Below are positions 20,301 through 28,502 of a stretch of DNA of 64,000 bases, piece after piece. Under the pieces are notes generated by a model that was given only the letters and a program-made list of their open reading frames with translations, ran no database searches and had not been told where the DNA came from. Position 1 is the stretch's first letter, and each line of letters starts with the position of its first letter. The DNA lies in contig CAVOYH010000003.1 in assembly GCA_963700635.1 (NCBI GenBank), positions 1,088,001 through 1,152,000 of the forward strand, read 5' to 3'. The DNA is from an uncultured Bacteroidota bacterium (GTDB lineage Bacteria > Bacteroidota > Ignavibacteria > UBA10030 > UBA6906). The position numbers were made by a program, and so were the translations under genes.

Positions 20301-21895
20301 AACGATTTCTTGTCGGACGAGTGTGTTTTAACGGATTCACGCTGAACCGGCTTTTCTGCTTCGGTCTTAAGACGGACCTCGTAGAGGTCTGTCCGGCGGT
20401 TCCGCCAGTTGAGCACCGTGCCACTCTGCCGGTGAGGTTTTAACAGTTCCAGTTCGATATCGTCCACAATCACCGTTTCGATGTTTGGCGTCGTCTCCGC
20501 AACAACCGAATCCCGCGAGAACGGTAAGTCGGCTGGCGAGAAGATCCCCGACTGGGCGTACTGCACATCCATGTTGTCCACAAATGGCAGGTTGCCAACC
20601 GTCCCTGCAATGACCGTGTACACGTGATTCTCCACGCATCGTGCCTGAGCACAATACCGTACGCGAAGGTAGCCGTACCGTTCATCCGTATTAAACGGGA
20701 CGAAGATGATCTGTGCTCCTTTTTCCACGGCAATCCGGCTGACTTCCGGGAATGTAATATCGTGGCCGATCTGCAGGGATATCTTGCACATATCGGTATC
20801 AAAGACTTCGATCGTATTGCCGGCTTCCACCCCCCACCATTTACGTTCGTCGGGAGTGATATGCAGTTTGTACTGCTTGTTGATGCCGCCGTTGCGGTGG
20901 AACAGATAGGCGGCGTTGTAGAGATGATCCCCCTCCACGCTGAAAAGAGAACCACCGATGATGTTGATGTCAAATTTGACCGCAAGTTTGCCGAACAGTT
21001 CAAGGTATTGAGGTGTGTATTCCGCCAGACGGCGGATGGCAAGTCCGGGCCGCTCCTTCTGCGCAAACGAAAGAAGCTGCATGGTGAACAACTCTGGAAA
21101 GAGAATAAAGTCGCTCTTGTAGTCAGCGGCGACATCAACAAAATATTCCACCTGTCTTGCAAACGCTTCGAAACTCTCGATCACTCTCATCTGGTACTGC
21201 ACGGCGCAGATACGCACCGCTTTTGAAGGAACATAGGCGCGGGTAAAATCGGGTTTATAATCCAGATTTGTCCACTCGAGCAGGGTCGCATACCCCTCCG
21301 ATTCCTTGTCCGAATCCATGTAGGACTTCAGCAATCGAACCAGCACAAAGCCATTGGAGAGTTGAGAGGTGAGGACAGGGTCGATGAGCGATTTGTTGAT
21401 GACCCTTTCCACGTATTCGCGTGAACTCATCGTATCCTTGTGCTGGTGATAGCCGGGGATTCTCCCGCCCAGCACAATGCGCATCAGGTTCTTCTCACGT
21501 GCAAGTTTCTTGCGCGCATCGTAGAGACGCCGGGCCAGCCGCATACCCCGGTAATCGGGATCCACCATAATCTCGATTCCGTACAGCGTATTCCCCTCAG
21601 GGTTATGATTGCGGATGAAACCGGCGTCAGCGATTTCCCGCCAGTCGTGCCATTCAGCGTACATTGCGAAATCGAGAATAAGGCTGCTGGATGATGCAAC
21701 AATACGCCCGGCGTACTCTATGCAGATCTGGCCTTGCGGAAAAATCTTGAGCTGGCTTTCAATCTGCGCGCGCTTCCACGGTTTCATCCCGGGAAAACAC
21801 CGGTGCTGCAGATCGACGAGCCGATCAAAGTCGGCTATCGTAATAGGGCGGACGACAAGACTGTTTTCGAAGGAACTCAAGTCGGTCTTCGTCAT
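20297..21895 (-). CDS. Bifunctional GNAT acetyltransferase / carbon-nitrogen hydrolase family protein
   Basis: GNAT 'VDPDYRGMRLARRLYDARK', 'GGRIPGY'; nitrilase 'LFPELF', 'QYKLHITP', 'CAQARCVEN'. Confidence 0.9.
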   Translation of the reverse strand: MTKTDLSSFENSLVVRPITIADFDRLVDLQHRCFPGMKPWKRAQIESQLKIFPQGQICIEYAGRIVASSSSLILDFAMYAEWHDWREIADAGFIRNHNPEGNTLYGIEIMVDPDYRGMRLARRLYDARKKLAREKNLMRIVLGGRIPGYHQHKDTMSSREYVERVINKSLIDPVLTSQLSNGFVLVRLLKSYMDSDKESEGYATLLEWTNLDYKPDFTRAYVPSKAVRICAVQYQMRVIESFEAFARQVEYFVDVAADYKSDFILFPELFTMQLLSFAQKERPGLAIRRLAEYTPQYLELFGKLAVKFDINIIGGSLFSVEGDHLYNAAYLFHRNGGINKQYKLHITPDERKWWGVEAGNTIEVFDTDMCKISLQIGHDITFPEVSRIAVEKGAQIIFVPFNTDERYGYLRVRYCAQARCVENHVYTVIAGTVGNLPFVDNMDVQYAQSGIFSPADLPFSRDSVVAETTPNIETVIVDDIELELLKPHRQSGTVLNWRNRRTDLYEVRLKTEAEKPVQRESVKTHSSDKKSF

Positions 21896-21932
21896 AGGCA
21901 AACCTCGTGTTCCTGAGGGTTAGGAAAACTGA

Positions 21933-21955
21933 ACCCCGGACCGGGAATCCGGGGT
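21933..21955. other. Intergenic hairpin
   Basis: ACCCCGGA-7 nt-TCCGGGGT between the amidohydrolase and GNAT genes. Confidence 0.5.
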
Positions 21956-21977
21956 GACACGATTGGGACGGAGTAGA

Positions 21978-22823
21978 TTACCGCAGCTTCTGCAGCAGGG
22001 CTCCGATGCTTCCAGGATCGTCGTTGGCCGGAAAATGAAAGAGCCGTGCAGAATTCTGGTACAGCAGTTTCTTTCGGTCCTTTTCCGGAATGCTGAGTTC
22101 CTCGATGAACTCGATGTACGATTCCATGGAGGAAATGGGCCAGTCAGTCCCGAACAACACTTTGTCCGGCTCCACGCCGTAGACCAGCATTTCCTGGAGT
22201 TGTTTCCGCATATAACTTTCGAACCGGTCTGAAAAATCGCCCAGCACAAGACCGGAAAGGTCGGTGTACACGTTCTTGTTCTTGTACACCACTTCCATAC
22301 AGTCTCTGAACCAGGGACTTCCAAGATGACAGATGACAAAGTTCACGTCGGGATAATCAACGGCAGCGTCGTCGACATGGAGGGGGTGGGAGTACTTTAT
22401 TTTCCCCTTTGGCGTAAATGTATCGCCGGAGTGAAGCATCACGGGTACGTTCATTTCGGCTGCAAGCCGGTAGATTGGCTCACATTTTGGGTCATTGGGG
22501 TAGAACGGCTCATACCCCGGGTAGAGTTTCAGCCCCCGGACGAGACCATCCTGGATAAACTCGCGTAGTTCGGTCAACTGATCGGGTACAAACGCGTTGT
22601 AGCTGATACCTGCCACAACAAACACATTGGTCATGCCGGAAGTGATCTTTACGACTTCGCGTGTCGAGGGCCGGCCGGCGGTGATCTTGTACGATGTCAA
22701 CACGAGCGCGATATCCACCCGGTTCCGTTTCATGGCGAGCTGGAGGTCATCCATACACTGCTGGAGAGACTCAACATCTTCGTTGTGATAATTATTGACG
22801 TGTGTATGGCAATCGATGATCAT
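21978..22823 (-). CDS. Amidohydrolase_2 family metal-dependent hydrolase
   Basis: 'IIDCHTH', 'GLKLYPGY', 'HSGD', 'CHLGSPW', 'LFGTDWP'. Confidence 0.9.
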   Translation of the reverse strand: MIIDCHTHVNNYHNEDVESLQQCMDDLQLAMKRNRVDIALVLTSYKITAGRPSTREVVKITSGMTNVFVVAGISYNAFVPDQLTELREFIQDGLVRGLKLYPGYEPFYPNDPKCEPIYRLAAEMNVPVMLHSGDTFTPKGKIKYSHPLHVDDAAVDYPDVNFVICHLGSPWFRDCMEVVYKNKNVYTDLSGLVLGDFSDRFESYMRKQLQEMLVYGVEPDKVLFGTDWPISSMESYIEFIEELSIPEKDRKKLLYQNSARLFHFPANDDPGSIGALLQKLR

Positions 22824-22831
22824 AATGGGGT

Positions 22832-23497
22832 CTATGGCTTCCAGATTTTTTCAATAATACGTTCGGCCCATGCGCGTCCGCCGAGGCCGAATGCTATCGC
22901 CAGTGCCAGACAGAAGGCACCGAAGGCGATTTCAAATGCCGAAACCAGCACCTGACCACCGAGGGAGAGCTGCTCCAGCGCAAGAGAAATCACAAAGAGC
23001 AGAAGGGTCCACTGGGCTATGTGGCTGACAATGTCAGCCCCGCTGATGCCGATGTTGTTCAGGTAGGTGTACGTGAATCCGCGGAAGAGTTTCGCAAGAA
23101 GAGTTCCGAAGATGAGCACCAGCAAGGCCACGATGATACTCGGAATGTAGAGAACGACCTTGGCGAGGAGGTTGTCGGCGGATTTTAATCCGAGTCCGTT
23201 CAGCACCGCGAGCATGACCGCAAATATGATAACCCAGTAAATGCCATTCGCGATGATGGTGACGGTCGTGTACTTTACATCACCCTGCAGCAGGAAATCT
23301 TCGATGCCCATCTTCTCCGCAAGAACGTCAATCCGGGCGAATTTAAGGACCCTGATGATTACCTTGCGGATGAGTTTTGCCGCAAGCCACCCCGCGACAA
23401 GGAGGAGCAGTGCAGCGGACAGTTGAGGCAGGACGACAATCAGGTAATTCCACGCAGTCTGGAAGAACGTAACCGCGGAGGTAAACTGCTCAAACAT
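22832..23497 (-). CDS. CmpX-like conserved TM-helix protein (MscS transmembrane-related)
   Basis: Repeated 'LPQLSAALLLLVAGWLAA' / 'IPSIIVALLVLIFG'; C-terminal 'ALAIAFGLGGR'. Confidence 0.8.
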   Translation of the reverse strand: MFEQFTSAVTFFQTAWNYLIVVLPQLSAALLLLVAGWLAAKLIRKVIIRVLKFARIDVLAEKMGIEDFLLQGDVKYTTVTIIANGIYWVIIFAVMLAVLNGLGLKSADNLLAKVVLYIPSIIVALLVLIFGTLLAKLFRGFTYTYLNNIGISGADIVSHIAQWTLLLFVISLALEQLSLGGQVLVSAFEIAFGAFCLALAIAFGLGGRAWAERIIEKIWKP

Positions 23498-23614
23498 GGA
23501 GCCTCCTGAAGAGAATGCGACATCTGCGGACACGGTTCATCTCTATAACATCGTGCATTTTCGACACAAGTTCAACCTTTCCCGGTAATGCCGCCTCTTT
23601 CATCTGCGCCCCCC

Positions 23615-24796
23615 TCACCGGTCCGGAATACCGGGTGAAGGCTTTTCTCCTTTTGAATAGACGATTTTTCCCTGAACAATTGTGCAATACACCGAATAGT
23701 CGGAATCCAGAACCACAATGTCAGCATCCTTGCCGGCGTCCAGGGATCCTTTCGTGGCTTCCAAACCCAGGACTTTCGCCGGCACTACGGTGACGGTGTC
23801 GATGGCCTGCCTGAAGGAACAGCCGGTGTATTCCCTGAACCGTAAGGCAATGGTGCCCAGACTCATGGTGGTTCCAATCAACGTGCCATCAGGGTACAGC
23901 GCGGTGCCTTCCGTGGAAACATACTCCTTCCCGTTGTAGATGTACCGTCCGTCCGGAAGTCCCATTCCCTGAACGCCGTCGGTAATGCAGACGCATCGAT
24001 CCGGTCCGAGATTACGCCAGAGAAGTCTGACAATTGCCGGATGGAGATGTTTGCCGTCGCTGATGATCTGTGCGCTGACCGAAGGATGTTCGAAGATGGC
24101 CGTGACCGGACCGGGGGCACGATGGTGGACTGAAGGCATCGCGTTAAACAGATGCGTGACATGGGAAACTCCCGCATCAAATCCCCGTTGTGTTTCTTCG
24201 TATGTTGCCTCCGAATGGGCAAATGCGGCAACAGTGCCGCGGGCCACAAGGGTCCGGATACGATCGAGATTGCCGGGCATCTCCGGCGCGATGGTCATCA
24301 TCTTCAAGACACTCCCGGCGTCGGCGTAGAGTTGATCAAGAGCGTTGGACGAAGAAGGGTAGATGGATTCCGGGGCCAGCCCTCCTTTCCTCGCGGGGTT
24401 GAGGAAAGGCCCTTCAAGGTGAATACCAAGGAGCGTCGCCCCGCCGAGATTCTGAGCGGTCCAGTCGCGCATCAGCTGCAAATGAGTATTTCCTTCGTCC
24501 GGCCTTGACACCGTGGTTCCCAGAAACCCTGTGGTGCCAAGACGGGCGAGTGTCCGGGAGATGGTACGCAGGGCATCCGCCGAAGAATCAAGCACGTCGG
24601 CTCCGCCGGCTCCCTGAATGTGCAGGTCGATAAAACCGGGCACGGCAATACGTCCGCCGGCATCAAGAAACGCCGCACCATTCCCCGGCTCGCTGCCCGG
24701 TGAGACGATGCGGGATCCTTCAATCAGGAGACTGGTGGGCGGGCTGTCCGGGGATGTGTAGAGCCGGCAATTGCGGATGAGAAGTCGTGATGGCAT
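23615..24796 (-). CDS. nagA: N-acetylglucosamine-6-phosphate deacetylase
   Basis: 'PGFIDLHIQG', 'GIHLEGPF', 'TIAPE', 'THLFNAM', 'SDGKH', 'ITD'. Confidence 0.92.
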   Translation of the reverse strand: MPSRLLIRNCRLYTSPDSPPTSLLIEGSRIVSPGSEPGNGAAFLDAGGRIAVPGFIDLHIQGAGGADVLDSSADALRTISRTLARLGTTGFLGTTVSRPDEGNTHLQLMRDWTAQNLGGATLLGIHLEGPFLNPARKGGLAPESIYPSSSNALDQLYADAGSVLKMMTIAPEMPGNLDRIRTLVARGTVAAFAHSEATYEETQRGFDAGVSHVTHLFNAMPSVHHRAPGPVTAIFEHPSVSAQIISDGKHLHPAIVRLLWRNLGPDRCVCITDGVQGMGLPDGRYIYNGKEYVSTEGTALYPDGTLIGTTMSLGTIALRFREYTGCSFRQAIDTVTVVPAKVLGLEATKGSLDAGKDADIVVLDSDYSVYCTIVQGKIVYSKGEKPSPGIPDR

Positions 24797-24991
24797 TGGC
24801 CTACATTGCGTGGGAGAATACCTATTGCCATATCAGATAACGATTTTACAGGAATGAGTCAACAGCCGGTTTGTCCAACGGGTGCGCCGCCCCTTTCTCA
24901 TTTGAGCGGTTCATTGCCTTTGTCAGAATCCTCTCTTACCTTACCCGGGCATTCCCAACCCGATCTTTGTCCCATGCTGGAAGAAACCCCG

Positions 24992-25831
24992 ATGAACGGA
25001 ATACCGGTTCTGCACGCCGAAGGAGACTGTGTTTCCCGTGCGTGGGAAAACGCCCTGATTGAACTCCACGCGCATGGATGCCGGATCAAGACCGAGTACG
25101 ACAAACCGGAAGATCCGCCGAGCATCGATGCTTCGATGCTTATCACGATCCATGATCCGATGAAAGAACCGATGATTCACAAAGATTTCCCGGGTGGCCC
25201 GGAGGATCTGCAGGAATATACGATGGAAGTATGCGAGGGGATCAAGGACCATCTTGTCCGCAGGGCCGATGATCCTGAGGATACACGGTGGGAATATACA
25301 TACCACCAGCGTCTGTTCAAGTACGATGGGCCGTCAGGCGGCGTGTTCGACCAGATTGACACCATTGCCCGGAAGCTCTCTGCCACGCCGTATTCCAGGC
25401 GTGCGCAGGCGATCACGTGGAAGGTCTGGGAAGACAACGACTGCTACGATCCCCCATGTCTGCAGAGTATCTGGTGCAGAATTACGGAGGAGGAAGGTCT
25501 TCGTGTCCTAAGCATGAATGTGCGCTTCCGTTCGAACGACGCATACAAAGCGGCTTTTATGAACATCTTTGCTCTGGTCCACCTGCAGAAGCAGCTTGCG
25601 GAAAACATCTCGGCAGCAACAGGAAAACAGGTCCGTATGGGAAGATACTGTCATTTTGCAGACAGTTATCATATCTACGGCTCATATTTCCGCGAATTTG
25701 AAGGACGATTCCTCGGAGCGCTCAGCAAACGCACCTTTGAACAGCGCACGATGCGGCTCGAGGATTTCCGTGAAATCATGGAGGCGGCACGACCAGGAAT
25801 CCTGGAAAAGGCCCGGGCCATGACGCGATAG
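24992..25831 (+). CDS. Thymidylate synthase, archaeal-type ThyA-like
   Basis: 'WEYTYHQRL', 'SRRAQAITW', catalytic 'PPCLQ', 'FRSNDA', 'MN', 'SYHIY'. Alternative start 24974. Confidence 0.82.
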   Translation: MNGIPVLHAEGDCVSRAWENALIELHAHGCRIKTEYDKPEDPPSIDASMLITIHDPMKEPMIHKDFPGGPEDLQEYTMEVCEGIKDHLVRRADDPEDTRWEYTYHQRLFKYDGPSGGVFDQIDTIARKLSATPYSRRAQAITWKVWEDNDCYDPPCLQSIWCRITEEEGLRVLSMNVRFRSNDAYKAAFMNIFALVHLQKQLAENISAATGKQVRMGRYCHFADSYHIYGSYFREFEGRFLGALSKRTFEQRTMRLEDFREIMEAARPGILEKARAMTR

Positions 25832-25902
25832 CGGTAGCGTTGTATTCTCCGTTCATTGTAGCAAACCTCAACTCTCCTCAATCATCTTAGACGCTGAAGG
25901 GT

Positions 25903-26406
25903 ATGACTATGTCTTCCACTCTCGACAATCTTAAAGAGGCATTTGCGGGCGAAAGCCAGGCATTCCAGAAGTATTCCGCTTTTGCGAAGAAGGCCGATCA
26001 GGATGGCCTTCCAAATATTGCCAAGTTGTTCCGTTTAACTGCTCAGGCGGAGATGATCCACGCAGACGGACACTTCAAAAGTATGGAGGGTGTCAGTTCG
26101 ACCGCGGACAATCTTAAGGCGGCAATAGAAGGTGAAACCTACGAGTTTACGCACATGTATCCGCCGATGGTGCAACAGGCCGAAAAGGATGCGCACAAGG
26201 CAAAGCGGATGTTCACGTATGCGGTGGAGGCTGAAGCCGTTCACGCCCGTCTGTACACGCTGGCCCTGGATGCGGCCAAGGGGGGAAAAGATCTCGGTGA
26301 AACGGATTTTTTCCTTTGTCCGGTCTGCGGATACATTGAATTCGGCCAGGCTCCCGACAAATGCCCGATCTGCGGAGTCCTGGGAAGCAAGTTTATCAAA
26401 GGATAA
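25903..26406 (+). CDS. rbr: Rubrerythrin
   Basis: 'NLKEAFAGESQA', 'EMIHA', 'GETYE', 'EAVH', C-terminal CPVCG...CPICG. Confidence 0.93.
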   Translation: MTMSSTLDNLKEAFAGESQAFQKYSAFAKKADQDGLPNIAKLFRLTAQAEMIHADGHFKSMEGVSSTADNLKAAIEGETYEFTHMYPPMVQQAEKDAHKAKRMFTYAVEAEAVHARLYTLALDAAKGGKDLGETDFFLCPVCGYIEFGQAPDKCPICGVLGSKFIKG

Positions 26407-26416
26407 CGTCCGTCCG

Positions 26417-26444
26417 GGACTGCCTTACACACTGTAGGCAGTCC
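26417..26444. other. Intergenic hairpin without U-tract
   Basis: GGACTGCCT...AGGCAGTCC. Confidence 0.5.
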
Positions 26445-26476
26445 GCGCTCTCCTCACCCATACACTGGATTCAGCC

Positions 26477-27961
26477 ATGCTTTCTGTTGGCTATGACATC
26501 GGCAGTTCTTCCGTAAAAGCCGCGGTGATCGACATTGAGTCGGGGGCGACACTTGCTTCTGATTTTTTCCCGCGCGAGGAAATGACCATCAGCTCCCCTC
26601 ACCCCGGCTGGGCCGAACAGGATCCACAGTACTGGTGGGAGTGTGTGCAGAAGGTTACGAGAGCGCTGCTCTCGACGGGACGTGTGGATCCAAGCCGGGT
26701 TGTGTCGATCGGTATCTCGTACCAGATGCACGGGTTGGTTATCGTGGATACAGACGGCAACCCCCTCAGGCCATCTATCATCTGGTGCGACAGTCGGGCG
26801 GTGGAGATTGGCGAGCGGGCATTTCGTTCGCTTGGTGAAGAATACTGTCTTTCGAACATGCTCAACTCACCCGGCAATTTTACGGCATCGAAACTTCGCT
26901 GGGTGAAGGAAAACGAACCGGAACGGTACAGCCGGATTGCGCATATCCTTCTTCCGGGAGACTTTATCGCGCTCCGGATGACCGGCGAAGCGACTACAAC
27001 GATGACCGGACTTTCAGAAGGGATCTTCTGGAATTTCCGCGACCAGACCGTAGATCCGCGCCTGCTGAAGGAGTTTGAGATCGATGCAGGGTTGTTCCCC
27101 CGGATTGTTCCCGCACTGGGTATTCAGGGGCATCTCACGCGGGCGTCGGCCCGCGCACTGGGGCTGCCGGAAGGGATCCCGGTCGCCTACCGGGCCGGAG
27201 ACCAGCCCAACAACGCCTTCTCCCTTCATGTGCTTCATCCGGGAGAGGTGGCCGCTACAGCGGGAACATCGGGTGTCGTCTACGGCGTGTCCGAGCGTAC
27301 CACCTTCGATGCGCGTTCCCGCGTGAATCTTTTTGCGCACGTGAACCACACTGCAGCCCGGCCGCGATTAGGGATCCTGCTTTGTATCAACGGAACAGGG
27401 ATACTCTTTTCGTGGTTACGCCGGACACTCGGTACGGCGTTAACATACCATGAACTCAACGATCGGGCTGCGCAGATCGCTGTGGGATCGGATGGCGTCA
27501 CGGTTCTCCCCTTTGGCAACGGGTCGGAGCGGATGCTGGAAAACCGCACCGTCGGTGCGAGTATCAAGGGGCTGGATCTTGTTCGCCACTCCGGCAGTCA
27601 CATCGTGCGGGCGGCGCAGGAAGGAATTGCGTTTGCGTTTGAGTGGGGGATGGGGATCATGCGTTCGATGGGCATGCCCGCCGAGGTCATCCGGGCCGGT
27701 CATGCCAATTTGTTTTTGAGTCCAGTGTTCCGCCAGACACTTGCCACAATCTCCGGTGCTCACATTGAACTTTTTGACACCGATGGTGCAGCAGGGGCAG
27801 CCCGCGGAGCTGCCGTGGGTGCCGGCAAGTACACATCGGTACAGGATGCGTTTGGTTCCTTGCGGAAGATCACCACGGTAGAGCCGCTTGCCCGGGAGAA
27901 AGAGCAGACTGAAGAAGGGTACCGGCGGTGGGTGAGAGCACTCGAGAGCGAAATGATCTAA
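26477..27961 (+). CDS. xylB: Xylulokinase (FGGY carbohydrate kinase)
   Basis: 'GYDIGSSSVKA', 'WAEQDP', 'SYQMHG', 'IIWCDSR', 'GDQPNNA', 'GTSG'. Confidence 0.85.
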   Translation: MLSVGYDIGSSSVKAAVIDIESGATLASDFFPREEMTISSPHPGWAEQDPQYWWECVQKVTRALLSTGRVDPSRVVSIGISYQMHGLVIVDTDGNPLRPSIIWCDSRAVEIGERAFRSLGEEYCLSNMLNSPGNFTASKLRWVKENEPERYSRIAHILLPGDFIALRMTGEATTTMTGLSEGIFWNFRDQTVDPRLLKEFEIDAGLFPRIVPALGIQGHLTRASARALGLPEGIPVAYRAGDQPNNAFSLHVLHPGEVAATAGTSGVVYGVSERTTFDARSRVNLFAHVNHTAARPRLGILLCINGTGILFSWLRRTLGTALTYHELNDRAAQIAVGSDGVTVLPFGNGSERMLENRTVGASIKGLDLVRHSGSHIVRAAQEGIAFAFEWGMGIMRSMGMPAEVIRAGHANLFLSPVFRQTLATISGAHIELFDTDGAAGAARGAAVGAGKYTSVQDAFGSLRKITTVEPLAREKEQTEEGYRRWVRALESEMI

Positions 27962-28054
27962 ACCCGGAAAACCCTTCATGTGGAGGGACCTCCCAGGATC
28001 CCCTGCGACGCCGGGAGGATTGCTTTCGTGCCTGCACGACCGTATATTTCCGCT

Positions 28055-28495
28055 ATGAAGACGTTGGTCCTGTTTTTGAGTGTGCTCCTCTGTTCCGTGC
28101 GGGCAGTTCCCCAGAGCACCGTTGCCGGAGGGGACCGGGACAGTACGCACGGGGAACGTATCGTGCTCGTGGAACCCGGGATGGCTCCGGGGAATTTGAT
28201 ATTTCTTATTCCCCCGCATCTTGAACGGCAACTGCTTTTCGAATCTCCGACCTTCTTTTTTGCAGGAATCCCCTCCTTATCATCCGCGCCCGTCTACGAA
28301 CGCCCCTTTGAGGTTCACCCGGACTTGCTTGCACCGCTTCGCCTTCAATGGGAACGCGAAGCGCAGCTCGGGACATTCCGCAAGATACTCGGCTCGATCC
28401 AGCTCGGAGGAGTGGCTTATCTTGCCTATCGACATTTTTCAAAATCCGGCACCATGACCATACGTCCCCGCGCACCAAAGAGTAACAAGAAATGA
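28055..28495 (+). CDS. Hypothetical protein (signal peptide, C-terminal hydrophobic segment)
   Basis: ORF fills the gap between xylB and the S9 peptidase; 'MKTLVLFLSVLLCSVRA'. Confidence 0.6.
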   Translation: MKTLVLFLSVLLCSVRAVPQSTVAGGDRDSTHGERIVLVEPGMAPGNLIFLIPPHLERQLLFESPTFFFAGIPSLSSAPVYERPFEVHPDLLAPLRLQWEREAQLGTFRKILGSIQLGGVAYLAYRHFSKSGTMTIRPRAPKSNKK

Positions 28496-28502
28496 GGGTA
28501 TC

